A stretch of DNA of 63,904 nt, filler included, from Parasitella parasitica NRRL 2501 (GCA_025201805.1; 8 parts of 8 records of this genome joined end to end with filler, not necessarily neighbours in it); one strand, 5' to 3'. Positions 48,286-62,143 are shown, counted from the whole stretch's first letter. The notes: generated from the sequence alone by a model not told the origin. Numbers and translations are program-made.

Positions 48286-51200
48286 CTAAAACAGCTTGTA
48301 GAGCTGATCCTTTACATCCTTGCACAGGTCTATAGCCTTTTCAGCCCTAGGGTCTTGTTCATCAAGAGGTGGATAGTATTTGCACTTTAATCTTGTATCC
48401 AGCAACCAATTAATAAACTCATTTTCTACCAATTGGGCGTCCAGTTTGTTCAACATTTTAAATACGGTCAGCATATCATGTCGTAACATGGCGATTCTGT
48501 CTCTGCTCATATCTAAATCCACCGCCAATCGATAATGATCAGCAGCGTACCAATGTCGACTGTTGATGGCGTACTCTTCTTTTGCTGCAGCATCTGATCT
48601 GGACTGTAAAAACACTTGGAAGCTACACACACATCACAGGTTAGTTTCCCAAATACAAAAATACACGAGCCATTGAATGTCACCTTAGGGATTTAGCAAA
48701 AGGTGGTTGAATAGAGTTTTCCAAGAACCCTTCATCAAGATCACGTAAGTAGACAGATCTGGAAGTAGATTTTTGTAGAAAAATTGGCTGCTGTTCCAAT
48801 TTAGCGCGAGGAAGGTCTTTACAGGTGATATTGGGATGCAGAAATTCATCTAATTTATCAAGCATTCCACCTCCAGATTGCGCCCAAATCGTAGTCATAT
48901 ATACGGAACAACCAAGTAAAAAGAGCAATAGCAGTGCTTTCAAGTTGCTTGCGATGTAATCAATTACCATTGAATACCAATGCGTCTCGTTTCTTGTAGG
49001 TGGCCGATGCAAATTATGCTTTGACAGTCGTGGCGAAACGGACCTTGCTTGGCTGCCATGAGATTTTTGCTGTTGTTGCACTTTTTCTGGTACCTGTTGC
49101 AGATCAGAGGAGGGGGTTGGACTTAAATCGCTCCCTTTGTCTAATGCTGTAGTTGTCGATGAAACGGAAGGCGAAGGAGTAGCTTTTTCGGCAGTTTTAC
49201 TGCTGGTTGCGGCAGGCAGTATGAGGGGCTGAGCAACTGGTCGAGGGGCTACATGACCAGATCCAGCTTGTTGCTGCTTTACAATCGAGGCGATCGCAGA
49301 CGTAACCTCCAAATTCAAGTCTGTCGATTGAGTGTGTTTTGATGTCGAGTCCAAGCCGTTTGCATCCCTGTTTGCTTTGAGAAGATTCTTGTTGTATTCC
49401 ATTGCTTGATTGCGAGCTTCATCCACCGATTGTTTGATACCTTGAGCAGCCTTTTGTAAAATTGGGATAAAAACGCCTACACTGTCAGCCATTCCCTTGA
49501 GTGCAGCTCTTGTCACAATGGCTAAAGGTTTGCAGAGTCAGCATCTCTCTTTTTGAATAAACAGCAGCTTACCTCTAACAAGCACACTCTTGATCCATCT
49601 CACACCCAAATAACAAGTCAGTTGACATTCGGATTTGTTGACCCAAGTAATGCAATATCTAACAGAAGGAATAAACGCATCTGCGTATGGAAGTGCCGCA
49701 GTTTTTGTAGAAATTTGAACCGTATAACGACTAGATTTAGAAGCGCATTTTATTAGTGTATGCCCTTTAAATTTATTATTACTTACATGTAGTCCTCCTT
49801 GTGGATCAGAATTTGCGTCTCGACGACTTCAGCTTCCTTCATACGCACTTAAAGGGAAATATTTAATATGCAATTTGATCATTGAAAAGAATATGTGTGT
49901 GTGTGTGTGTGTGTGTTTTTCTTACCAATTGGGTTAGAAACAGGCATCCAATACTTCAGAATACGTTGCATCTTCCCATCAACAATGCCCCACTTGGAAA
50001 CAGACAAATCTTGAGCGATATAAGTATTTAGTTTGCAAATCAGCAAGAAGCAAACTACTTACCATGGCCCTCAATAGCAGCAGTTTTTCCAGCCCAAACC
50101 CCACCATCGGTTGGAGGAGCAGTCTGTTCGTCTGAGAAAAGTAGCTCGTAGCATCGCTTCGCAGATATGGGGAGGTTGATTTGAGCATCTTTTCTTTCTA
50201 AATGGTCATCACAGTTGCACTCAACAGACGATTCAGGGCAGGCAATATTTGATGGAGGCATGTCAGCTACACGTTTAGCAGTAAGAAAAATAGAAATCAG
50301 CGGCACAATATATATTGAAAGTAACACATTCCAACGTACGATCAGGTTTAAAAGGCTCTATTTTCTTGGGCGGTACTACTACTGCAGCTGCATTATTGAC
50401 AGGGATTGTTGGCTCAGATTCACCGCGTTGGCGAGCTATGGATTTTAAAACAGACGCAGGATTTATCCTTGATTCAGGACCAACAGTCGCAGCGTGAGGT
50501 CTATTATTTCCAGCTACCAAAGTTCTGGACGAGACAGATAAAATAGTGCCTGTGTTGCGCTCCTCTGTATTGTTTGCAATATGCGATAGTGCGCTATTGA
50601 AAGAAAGAGGCAAATCCACAACAACGCTTTTATGCGTTGCTGTGCTTTTGGAGATGTTTAGTATCTTGTTATACATGTCTCCACTCTGCATGGGCTCTCT
50701 GCTTTTTGCATTGTTGACAGCAAAACAAAGTTTTTCAGCAGTAGTTTCAACGTCGTCCATTAACGTGCCTAAAATCAGGGGCTCTTTGATATCACTGCGG
50801 CTGTTGGGAAGCAGTGTGATGGTAATGACAAGGTCGGAATTCATGGCCAATGCAGTATCGTTGACAAGACGAGCGAGGGATTGGTCCTTGACCACTTTGA
50901 CTTGATCAATATCCGTCAAACGTACAGCGACAGAATTGATGCAGGTCATCAATACACAACTGTAAAACCAAAATGTGGTTTGAGTAATAAAACCACGGCC
51001 TGTGTAAGCATAGCCAAAGTCTGAAGGCGGTCGTAGGCCAGTCTGGGCTAATTGATGCGCAAGGTCCCTTTCATATGTATCCGTCCCCCCTGGCGAGTTC
51101 AGCTTTGGTTTAGTGGCTTCAATTTCTGTTGTATCGTTTTGGATGGCGTCAGGTTGCTTTCTGAGGCAGCAAACGAATACTACGCAAAGGGGTCGATATA

Positions 51201-53339
51201 TGCATTACGCCAATGCCTTACAAAAACTTACCATCAAGCACTACTTCTTCGGATTTCACTCCACCAAATAATCGACGCAATTCTCTGTTTTGAGAAGTCA
51301 TCTTGTCAGAGTAACCTTGAATATCGACGTTTGAAATGCCAACAGAGGCAGGTTTGGCAGGCCATACAACCTGGGGCAGAGAAACTGAAGTAGGCGCCTT
51401 TGTGGCATTACAATCGAGAATGTTAAAATCTTGAGTCAAATTCATCATGGTAGGAACAAGTGCCCAAGGAATACCCCACGAGCCCCCAGGAAATTGCTTT
51501 GTAGTAGCAGTGGCCGTGGTAGATGAGGGAGCCCCTCTCGCAGCCTCCCATACTAATAGGGGCGTGAGGGATGAAGAGTTTGCAAGTGTGGCCTCTGTGT
51601 CTGGCGTAGTAGATACCATCACAATCGATGGGCCTTCTCCAGACAAGTTCTTTGACAAGGTGAGAGAGCTGTCATGGACGGAGGGGTGTTTATGATTACG
51701 ATAGCTACTGATAGAAATGTTTGAAAGGCTGGATGAAGAGTCAGCGTACTTCATTTTAGGAGATGAAGTGTTTGAGTGTGACATATCAGTGCTTGTTGTA
51801 GCAGTTGGTGATGATAAAGCGGTTGTAGCGGTTGCCTTCGATCTAATCAAGGCGGGAGATTTGGTCAGACTCATGGGTGAGGAGGCTGATCTATCCTCTT
51901 GCTGCTGTTTAGTGAACACCCTCAACCACTCTTGCTTGGTTTCTTCAGTTTCTGCTTGCAGCATGAACGATGCTTGCTGTTTGGGCTGAATAACTTCAAA
52001 ACAGAAACGTCTGTCGGTGTCGACGGCAGCATTCACCTGACAGTCTACCAGGCGGATCTTTGCCTCCATGGTAATGGACCCCTTTTGTTTACCAGAGCTA
52101 TTCACCTGGCAGACGCCAAAATACCCATCATGTATGAAGAACCATTTTCGCGCCCATGAATGACGAGAGACTCTTACAAACAAATGGCCCCATTTAGAAT
52201 TTCCCATACTGCCGTCTAATTTTTCTGTTTGCAGTGGTATAACGTATTTTCCAATATCTCGGTCAGGTGCTGTCAGCCTGATGAATTCTTCTTGCAGTTT
52301 TTCCCTGGCTATTTGCTGTCTATGCAACTGGTATGAACAAGTGAATTTATCCTATTATCATTTGCATTGTTAATAGCGGACATATAATGCTGTAACTGGC
52401 GTGCAACTTACGTCTATCAACCACTGTTTCCAATAGGACAGAGCAGCATCCAAATTTGCCCAAACTTGGATATCCTTGTAAAAGTCTTTATGTGCAACAG
52501 TTGCAGCAGTAAAGCGCTCAACGAGACAGTGCTCCAATGTTGATCGAAAATTCAGAATCCTCAACAAGTGTTGACCAGACATCCTCACATATTCCTTTCT
52601 TGCTTCATGCAGTCTGAATGCTTCTTCTCGAACTGCAGACGGTTCCTTTGACTTGCCAAGACCACTGTATTTCGCCAGCTGGTTCTCGTACTTTTCCATG
52701 GCCTTTTCGTGTTGCTTTCGAAAATTCTACAATGTGCATGATAAGTATAATCAAAAGCATGGCAATTGGCATGGTCATCACCTTGAAATCTCTCAAATGC
52801 GTCTTTACAAACAGCTGCAACGGCGATATCAGGCTTTCTTCAAGGTTATGAATCTACACAACGGTCAGAATTCATATAAACAATAAAAAATGTGGTTACA
52901 CCTATTTACTAGATTGGTCTTGAAGGATAGACTTGTTTGTAGTGCGTCCGCAAAGCCTTTGATTATGGCTCCTGTGAAATTGGGATCTTTTTTTGTGTGT
53001 TTGCAATCAGAAGAGATGAATCATTTTATACATGGCTGCTTATTGTACCTATTAGTGTCTCATCAAGGCCTTCAGGAATGGCTTTTTGACATACAGTCAG
53101 TGTTTCTGCATTGAATTCTAGTACAATAGTCATTATCAGCTCGATCAATGTAGCGACGTCTATCAAGCTTTACTGTTCAGTTTCTCGGTATACAGTCTCA
53201 AATGGCGTGCAAGTGAATCCAGCCAATGCTCTAAAAGCTCGAGTTGTTGGTCGTAGCGGTATATACTGGACCGGAACACAGGCGAATCCGTAACCGCATC
53301 ATACAATGTAATAATAGGTTGAAACGATGGCTCTTCCAT
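48286..53339 (-). CDS. Lam1/Sip3-like sterol-transfer protein (BAR, PH, GRAM-like, VASt/StART, TM; multi-exon)
   Basis: DSPVFRSSI BAR start, PH domain (WARKWFFI...DRRFCFEV), NRELRRLFGGV, CYELLFSD and a C-terminal TM. Confidence 0.85.
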
Positions 53340-53744
53340 TGTCAACTTTTCCTCAAACTAAACAAGAAAGAAAAACGACTAAATGAACGACGGGTAATTT
53401 TATCAGCAGAGCAGAAGCAGAGCGAATGATATTTTACGATGGCTGCCATTATAGAAAAGCGCGCGCTCGGTTGCCATATTTAAACTGCCATGGCAAGGGG
53501 CTGGAATATAGTATAGTTGCTAGGGATCTCTTCCGCATTGACTTCCCAAGCAGCCCTACTTTTACTCCATCTAGGTACAATAGCGCTACATAGATACCAA
53601 TCTAACCACCAAGTTTTATACGTCACTTGCTTGGTTTGCAGCAGGAGCCAATGTTTTTTTTCCCTTAAAACGGGATCTCTTACATAACATTTTTCCCCAC
53701 ACTTTTTTTTTTTTTTTTCTTCTGCTCCTTTCTGCGACAAGACA

Positions 53745-54908
53745 ATGTCTGCAATATCATTATATGACAAGGCATTTCGATCATATTTACTTACAAAATA
53801 CTCGCCTGCTGCCAATGCTTGCTTGAAAGCCATTGCTGCTTTAGATAGCAATGACCAGCCATCTACAAGACTCAATATCTGGACACTGTATTTGAACATT
53901 ACATCTACATTGCTGGCAGGCACCCCATTCTTGGGCGTCAACACCAAGCTACTCGGTATTGAGCCAGCAAACTCAATGGAGCAAGTATGTCGTTCCATTT
54001 GGAGAAAGGTGACCGAGGAGGGGTATCAAAGCGTTGGGAACACAGATGCCCGCCTTGTTTTTGCTTGGTAATAAGATGCGATATATTAGCATGTGATGAT
54101 TTATTGACAGATTGATAGCGTTGCTATGAACATCGAGTTGGAGCAGTTTGCTGTTGCAAGAAGCATCGCAGAGGAATGGTTTGCATCTTTATCCGATGAC
54201 ATGATGGACCATATTGCAGCAAATAGAGAGCAGGACCAACTGACAGAAGGTTATGTCAAAGTAGTGGAACTTTACATTAGCCGCACTTTGCCCCGTATGC
54301 ATGATTTTGAATCAGCCAACACTTTCTTGGAATACAATTCTGTATTGACTGACTCGAAAAAGAAGGTATTCTTGGTACATTTTATAATTAGAATTACATA
54401 ATCTGATTTACAGAATTAGGCTTTAAAGTCCATCATTCAGCAAGAGCAAGAATCAGCAGAAAGGGAAAGACAAAAAAAGATTCAAATTGAAAAGGAATTG
54501 GAGGAAAAGAAAAGAGAGGAGGAAAGGCTCTTGATGGAAGAGGCAAAGCGAATTGAACAAGAAAAGGAGAAGGCTCAAGTGGCAGAGGCAGAGGCAGAGG
54601 CAGAGGCTATGTTAGAAAAGTCAATTCAGGAAACCTCTGAAATTGCCACCACATCTCGCTCTGTTGTCAGTCAATCACCACTACCACAGCCATTACAGGA
54701 GCAGAAACAGCAGCAAACAGCGATCCAAAAATGGCTGAAGAATATCACGGCCAAAGGGGCAGCAACATCGGGTGCCATTTTAATTTTGCTCTTTGCATTG
54801 CTTGCTCTTTTGCGAGGTCAAAGAGGCCGTCTATCGATGGTCCTTCAAGGCTTAATGAATAAATTGCTGCAGACTGTAAAGATGGGCACCAAGGTGACTT
54901 ATATGTAA
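53745..54908 (+). CDS. PEX26: Pex26-like tail-anchored peroxin (3 exons)
   Basis: YDKAFRSYL, IWTLYLNI, YVKVVELYISRTLP, coiled coil, C-terminal TM, KMGTKVTYM end. Confidence 0.7.
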
Positions 54909-55588
54909 ACCAAATTATTGGCCTATTTTTTTCGGTATATATATTTTCTACTTGAATTTAGCCCACCTTTTTTTTGGGGGGGGGTGGGGACAATGTTGAC
55001 ATCATGATGTGAAATGACAGTTTCAATGTTTATGTATAAATATATTGAATCCAAGATAAACGTATAAAGAAATCGATACGATAGGTTATGTTCTTGTTGT
55101 CTGCATATCCCATCATCCCTTGGACACCCCCTTGTGCTTATTCACCGAAAAACAGGATGAAGCTAGAGGACCCCATCCATTTCTTTCTAACATGGCGGAT
55201 TGTCAATATAGTGCACTGATGAGCCTGAGTAACCAAAGTATGTTTATGGTGCAAAAAAACCATACGATGGGATAAATGCGGCGGAAGACAAGTATGTTCT
55301 AAATACTTTATTATTTAATAAGCAAGTATAATTTCACACTTTGGCCTATCAGATCAGTTCGTTTCACTCGATCCACGGACATGTATGTCATAAGGGTGAG
55401 CCGCTCCAAACATAAAATAGTTGGGGTTTTTTTTGTTGATGTTCTACTGCATGTGAAAAAAAAAAAAAAAAAGATAAGGTAGATATAAATGACACTTGCA
55501 CATTTGGCCTTTTTTTCTTTCTGCATTTCTTTACATACATATATACATACATATAATAATAATAATAATAATAATAACAACAATAATA

Positions 55589-57186
55589 ATGATACCAGAC
55601 TCAACATTTTCTAGAGGATTCATCTACTCATCTGCAGTTGTCCAAACAGCTGTGGCTCCATTTGCATTTATTTATTATGTTTACTACTTCACCACAGAGC
55701 AAAAGCTGTTCACGATTCATTCATCTGTCGACACATTTATACATTATTGGCTGGGATGCGAATTGATGTTTTACGTATTCTTTCAAATCACTCGCAATAA
55801 AATGCAGCGTATTTTACCGAGCGTTGCCCCAAGTGCCAAAGAACGAAGCGATCTGTATGCTGTTTGTTTAGCAAACATTGACGATGCTGAAACATGGCTG
55901 CCGGATTGGTTTACATTGAGCCATGATCCTTGCAGTCACCCCAACTTTGAAGACATTGGCAGAGATAACGTAGCAGAGTGGTAAAATTCGCTGTTTTCGC
56001 ACTCTGTAATCTCTTTATCTAACCAGATGCTAGGTTGTGTTGGGCCTTTTTCAGTTTGCCTCTAGAACAAGTCTTGCAAGATGACATCTCGACCGAAGAA
56101 TTAAACTACATGATTGATAAGTTTGAACAAGAATTCCATATACAATTTGATGCAGGTTACAATGAAGATATCGTCGCCTACCGCATTAATCTTGACCCAG
56201 TCCACGCCTATCATCGCCCTCTTGCATTTTATACGCTAATCATGTTCCTCACTGCTCTATTCGGCTTTGTTTGTCAATTTGTTTGGGGCATGAAGAAATA
56301 CGGGCCAGAGACAAGATCTACCATTTGGAATTTAATGGACTCCCAGTCCTATGAGACTACCTCTGTGAGTAGCGATGGCAACTCACCTGAGAAAGTTTCA
56401 TACTGGTTTCGTGATGGTGATCGTTCAAAGAAACCCATCGTCTTTATTCATGGCATTGGCGCTGGTCTCATGTGCTATATTTCGTTTGTGTACAAGCTAC
56501 TGACTCTGGACGCGCCCATCTTTTGTATTGAACTCCCTTTTGTTTCGATGCATTGCGTAGAAGATGTCCCTACTATGCAGGAGACTATTCGTGATCTACA
56601 GAATATGTTGCATCGTCACGACTTTAAAACTGCTGTCTTTGTTGCCCATTCACTAGGCACTGCTGTTACCTCTTGGGTTGTAAAATACACGCCCCAAAGT
56701 GTAGCTGGTGTCATATTTCTGGATCCAATCTGTTTCATGTTGCATTATAAAGATGTTTGTTCAAATTTTGTGTACAGGTCACCCAAGACCGCTGCTCAGG
56801 TAAGATTAGTAAAAAACTGGCTCGTGTGCATATTCTTATCTCTTTATTAGGGCCTTGTAAAGTATTTTGCCTCCACCGAATTATACATTTCGTATTACAT
56901 TTCTCGCCACTTTCATTGGTTCCAAACTGCTCTGTACGTTGCTCCAACTGTAACTCATCATAACCACGCTTATACCTCGGCCGTCAAAATGCCTCAAAAC
57001 ACAAAGGTCTTTTTATCTGAGAAAGACAACATTATAGATTCTCCCCGTGTTGATACTTATCTTAGCCATCATGGTGTAGATACAACTGTCATGAAAGGGC
57101 TGGATCATGCTTCTTTTCTTTTTCATCCTTCTTGGCAGAATGAAATGTTGGCTTCAATCAGCCAGTTTGTATGCCAAAAGGCTTGA
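55589..57186 (+). CDS. Membrane-associated alpha/beta hydrolase (3 exons)
   Basis: PIVFIHGIGAG, AHSLGT nucleophile elbow, FLDPICF, LDHASF. Confidence 0.88.
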
Positions 57187-59675
57187 ATCTTTTCTAATTG
57201 TACATAAGCTAGACTTAATTTACCCCTATTTTAAATAATAATAATAATAGTACAATGTCATCTTAACAAAGTTTAATTTATTTACCCCATTCAAATTGAA
57301 AATAAACCCTATACATGTGCTTAGCACAAATATGCAGCATTGTTTAAGTTAAAGTTGATATTTTTGTTTGCAAAGGTATTTTAAAATCCGTTACAGTTAT
57401 AAGTGACCAAATTATATAATCATAAGAAAACGGAATGATTTGCAACGAATATACGAGGGTGTATATATTTAGTGGTATGGATCACAAGTTCTGTTCGTCC
57501 GATTTTTCCATCATTGCCTTGGTTTCAATGTCGATCCAAAACTATTGTTGACTTTAACTGTATCACTGGTGGCGATGAACTTTTACTACATTGAGGTAAG
57601 GGATGAGCTGCGGAAGTTCGTCCAGCGATAAAGGGAGGCGGATGAAACCTAGTTCTGATACCACCAAGACATCACTAGGATGGAATTGCACATTGGTTTC
57701 TAAAAAAAAAAAAAAAAAGTTTGTATGGACTGAATTATTTTAATGATTGTAAACCTTCTCGCTGCCATGACTTGAAACATGTGCTTTCTTTTGTATTCGG
57801 CTGTACCTGGTTTAAAGGAAGTGCACAGCTGATGTAAATTAATATTAGTTTTCTTATAGTTTCTTGCGTGTTTGATTGGCTTTATTTCAAAATAGCCGAT
57901 AGTTTTGTGATTGTCTTCAGCACAACCATCTGGCTGGTTTTTGATGAATCTCGATATGACAGTCAGAAAATAATTTCTTGAAACACGTTTGCTAAGAATC
58001 TACAAAGGTCAAACTCTTTAATTTCTTTTTTATTGAAGCTTGGAACGGTAATGTCTACCATAGATTTTGTACATTGTAATAATCTAATCACAACCTTATC
58101 CGTGCTGTCATTAATCCAATGCCAATATTTGGATTTTGGCGTTTAATATGGCTAACAAGCGACAGTTAATATTGTCGGTGATTGTAATGAGTGTCATCAT
58201 GACGTCCATTGGAAAATTATGATCAACTTGGTTGAAGCCAAAAGAATCATACATGGTCGTCAACTTTCTTGGGATCGACTAAACCTGGACCAAATAATGT
58301 TCGCCAGGAGTCTTTCCCCACTTCAGTCTCATCGAGGATTAGGCTGACACAAACGCCAGCGAATCCGTTCGCCTACGACGTTGGCACATCCATCGATTGA
58401 GGAAATAAAAAATAAAAACTTAGCTTTTACCTCACGAACATCGTCTGCACAATTGAACCTTAAAAAAAGGAGAAAGAATGGAAGTGAGAAAAAGTTGCTT
58501 CATTGAATATTCAGCTTTTAGAGGCATGTCCCTTTGATAAATAATACAGTTTAATGACTTTTTCACAAAATGAGATACTCGAATTACGTGGATTTAAACA
58601 GGTAGAATTATTAGATGAAATTCGCTAAATGATGTGTCAATTTCTTAACCGGAAATCAAATTCAAGAAAACTCAATGTTGAACACAATCCAGGAACATAT
58701 ATCAATAGATAAAATTCCATATAAATATAGCTCTGTATGGCATGTTCATAGACTATAGATACAGTTTATCGTTTTGTATTCTTATAAAGTAGTAGAGGCT
58801 ACGTACGTCGTACATAACATACTTATACATTCACGAATTACGATATTTATTGTTGGTAATACCTTAACAAATAAATAAGCTACATAAATTGTAATTAAGC
58901 CTCATAGTGGTTCCAGCCTTATTCAAAAGTTAGATCAAGATGATTGCGGGATACCGGTGTTGAGACATCTTGCATACATCTTCTTTTTGATGTAAAATAG
59001 AACAGGTTCCTGGAAATGCTGTGATCTAGCAATATTTCGTCCGCACATTTTGTCAAACATTAGATACTATGTGGATAAGGATGGAGTAAGGTATAGTTTC
59101 GTATAAATAGAGATCGTATCTTATAGTATCGATGAAAGTAGTAGTCAGTTTCATATGTTCTGATTTAATTCAGAAATCCTTTATCACTTTAAATGACACT
59201 CAATTTTTACAAATTACTAGTTGATTTATCAAAAAAAAAAGTCAATAGGAATTAACCCGGTAAAGATCCGTTTATTATATTCAAAATAGAGGTTTTATAT
59301 ACTTTCTATGGAATGAGAGGAGCGATGTGAGGATAAAGGTCTTAGTGATGCAATCCGGGAGATGGGATAGATAGTATTTATCCCAAATGTCATGTTTAAT
59401 GTGTCAATTGCCCAACCGGAAGTCAAACTCAAGTAAACACAATCCTGAACACAATTCAGGAACATATCTGTTGGGTTAAAAAAGATAATAAAAAACCAAA
59501 ATGTTAACGAGATACGAAAACTTAAAGATACTTTATTTAAGATCGAAATTGCATCTGCTATTTATACTTTTTACANNNNNNNNNNNNNNNNNNNNNNNNN
59601 NNNNNNNNNNNNNNNNNNNTTAATTAATTAANNNNNNNNNNNNNNNNNNNNNNNNNNNNNNNNNNNNNNNNNNNN

Positions 59676-59866
59676 ATGTCGTAGAAATGCAGCAACAACA
59701 GCAGCAGAATAGAAACAACTATCATATAGGAAACTATAATAGAGGTAGAGCGCAACAGCAACATCCTGCACTACGACTATGCTATAATTGCAACTCACCA
59801 GATCACTTGGCCTTCAATTGCACTCATCCGCCCCAACAACATCAGGGAAAAGGCCGAGAGCAATAG
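59676..59866 (+). CDS. LTR-retrotransposon Gag C-terminus with CCHC zinc knuckle
   Basis: The frame from 59678 reads ...RLCYNCNSPDHLAFNCTHPPQQHQGKGREQ* (CX2CX4HX4C). Confidence 0.85.
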
Positions 59867-59915
59867 AAGACAGGAGAAATTCTATTGCTCGAAGTAAGTA
59901 TACTAACAATTCTCC
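59845..59915 (+). promoter_or_regulatory. -1 programmed ribosomal frameshift signal (G GGA AAA plus predicted pseudoknot)
   Basis: Heptamer at 59845-59851 in gag phase, 6-nt spacer, 11-bp stem GAGCAATAGAA (59858-68) / TTCTATTGCTC (59880-90), loop GGAGAA (59873-78) complementary to TTCTCC (59910-15). Confidence 0.8.
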
Positions 59916-60708
59916 AAATGAAATAGTGAACGTATACAAGAGTAAAGGAATTGAAGTTTATGGTCTAACATCTGACAACATTAGTAAAGAATATAATAAA
60001 GTAGTAGTTGCTTTAGATGTTGCATATAAAAATAACACACCCATAATATTAATCGCTACAAATGTGGTTGAGACAGGTGTCACGCTAAATATAGACAACA
60101 TTTTTGACACTAGTATGAAAATGAAGCCGATTATCAATTATGCAGATAAAACAATATTGACTACTACTATACCAATCAGCGAGCAAGAATCAGTGCAACG
60201 TAGGGGACGGGTTGGTAGAACGCGTGCAGGGAATTATGTCTTTAATCCAGTGAATTATACCAATTACGAAAGTCTGGATCAAATAGAAAGATTTGCAGCT
60301 TACGTACGTTGTCTCAAATGCAAATTAATAGTGGATGACTACTTTTATGAAGAAGCGCAGTTGATTGGTAAGATTACAGATATTAAAATCAAGAACTTGT
60401 TAGCAAGCACACTACATCCTCTTATGACTTTGGGCATGCTAGATGAGCAAGGGGCGTTTTATTACAATTATTTTGAGTTTAGACAATACATGACTGAAAT
60501 GGATGTAGAAAGCAAAGTGTTCAATAAAAGTTTGTTGCCTAGGGGAGCTATATCGAACTTTGAGAAAATGAACATAACAATAAAGGATGGTAACATATCA
60601 AGGGATGTGTTGATTAATGTTCCTCTCTCAGATTACATGATGGACCCAAACGTGTTATATGCTTTGTTTGAGAAAACTATTAGTCCAGAACATGTCAAGA
60701 AAATTCAA
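59916..60708 (+). CDS. Potyvirus-like CI (SF2 RNA helicase) C-terminal half, endogenous viral sequence in the -1 frame of gag
   Basis: ILIATNVVETGVTLNID (motif V), QRRGRVGRTRAG (motif VI), then a segment resembling the potyviral CI C-terminal domain. No stop before the gap. Confidence 0.8.
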
Positions 60709-60808
60709 NNNNNNNNNNNNNNNNNNNNNNNNNNNNNNNNNNNNNNNNNNNNTTAATTAATTAANNNNNNNNNNNNNNNNNNNNNNNNNNNNNNNNNNNN
60801 NNNNNNNN

Positions 60809-61065
60809 ATCCTTTATACGTATCTATGCTCTTGTCTTACTGGTAACTCGGAAACTCTTATCCACCAAGCTCCTAGGGATTGGTTCAAGGTGTACCCAAT
60901 TATCCCTCATCCTAGATCATGGTCCTATTGCTGCGGCACTGTCAAATAACTATAAATACCTTCAAAACATACACTAGTTTAAATCTTCATTCAATCTTGG
61001 AATAGCAAAATAAATATATTCAGTTCTAATTGTATTTTTCTGGCTATATTTTGTTATTCTAAACA
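60809..61065 (-). mobile_element. Partial second copy of the 28959-29474 LTR (inverted)
   Basis: Near-identical reverse complement of 28959-29218, ending in ...TTCTAAACA followed by AACAT. Confidence 0.9.
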
Positions 61066-62143
61066 AACATGAGAGTTGAGTTTTTTGATAATCTTAAACG
61101 GGCCGATTCTTCTATGATCAAGTTTCTTGGTTGGTCTCATGGATGTGATGTTCTTTGTGTTGATGTAAACTTCATTACCAATGTCAAGACCTTGGGTTTG
61201 TCTTTTACTTTTGTTGTAGTACAGGGCTTACGATTTTTAAGCGCGAGAGATGTTGATTTTACTTTTCTGCTGAACATCTTTTAACTTGTTTAAAAACTCA
61301 TCTGACGCTGGAGCGCATTCGCTATCCCCCTTCTTGATATTTATGTCCGCTTTGGGATGATATCCATAATTGCTGAAGAAAGGTGAGTATTTTGTGCTGG
61401 ATTGACATTGGTTGGTGTAACTAAATTCAGCCATAGGTAGAAGGTGAGACCAGTCAGTCTGTTGATAGTTGCAGTACATTCGAAGATACTGCTCTAAAAT
61501 AGAATTGGTTCTTTCTGTTTGGCCGTCAGTTTCTGGTCTGGAAGCAGTTGACATGTTTGCCTGAATATTTGTAAACTCTTGAGAAGAAGCTGTTTCCAAA
61601 ATTTGGATGTGAATAGTGCGCCTCTATCCGACACATTTGAAGTTGGTAATAAGCCATGCAGTTTGAAGATATTATGGATGAATATGGTTGCCAATTCTTT
61701 TGCCGACATATTTTCGTTACAAAGGACAAAATGGGCCATTTTGGCCAATCTGTCAACTACGACAAATATGCTAAATCGAAACCTTGATTTTGGTAATTTG
61801 ACAATAAAGTCCATGCTAATTGGTTCCCAAGGTCTGTTTGGAACTTGGAGAGGCATGAGAGGGCCTTGTGGGGCTTGCCTTGATGGTTTACCACGAATGC
61901 ATGTCTAACAGTTGGCTACATCATAGCGGTTTACAAATTTTGTCATACCTTTCCACCAGTAATTCCTTGAGAGAAGTTCAGCTGTCTTAAAACGGCCAAA
62001 ATGACCTGAAGTAATTTTATCATGATGCATTTTCCTCAATTTCAGTTTGATTTCGTTACTGTCAGGTACATAAATCAATTAATTTTTTAGCAGTAGTAGT
62101 CCAAAATCTTCATCGATAGAGTAATTTCTAAATCTGTTAATGG
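61066..62143 (-). mobile_element. Degenerate Ty3/gypsy integrase region
   Basis: PWEPISMDFIVKLP, VVVDRLAKMAHF, SDRG, PETDGQTERTN and a GPF motif, with frameshifts. Confidence 0.9.

Noticed and set aside
60809-62143. LTR at 60809-61065 as the 3' LTR of the adjacent integrase, or these as the rest of the gag-helicase element
   Set aside because: The LTR interrupts coding sequence with no polypurine tract, indicating a nested insertion. It is on the opposite strand and across a gap from the gag-helicase contig.
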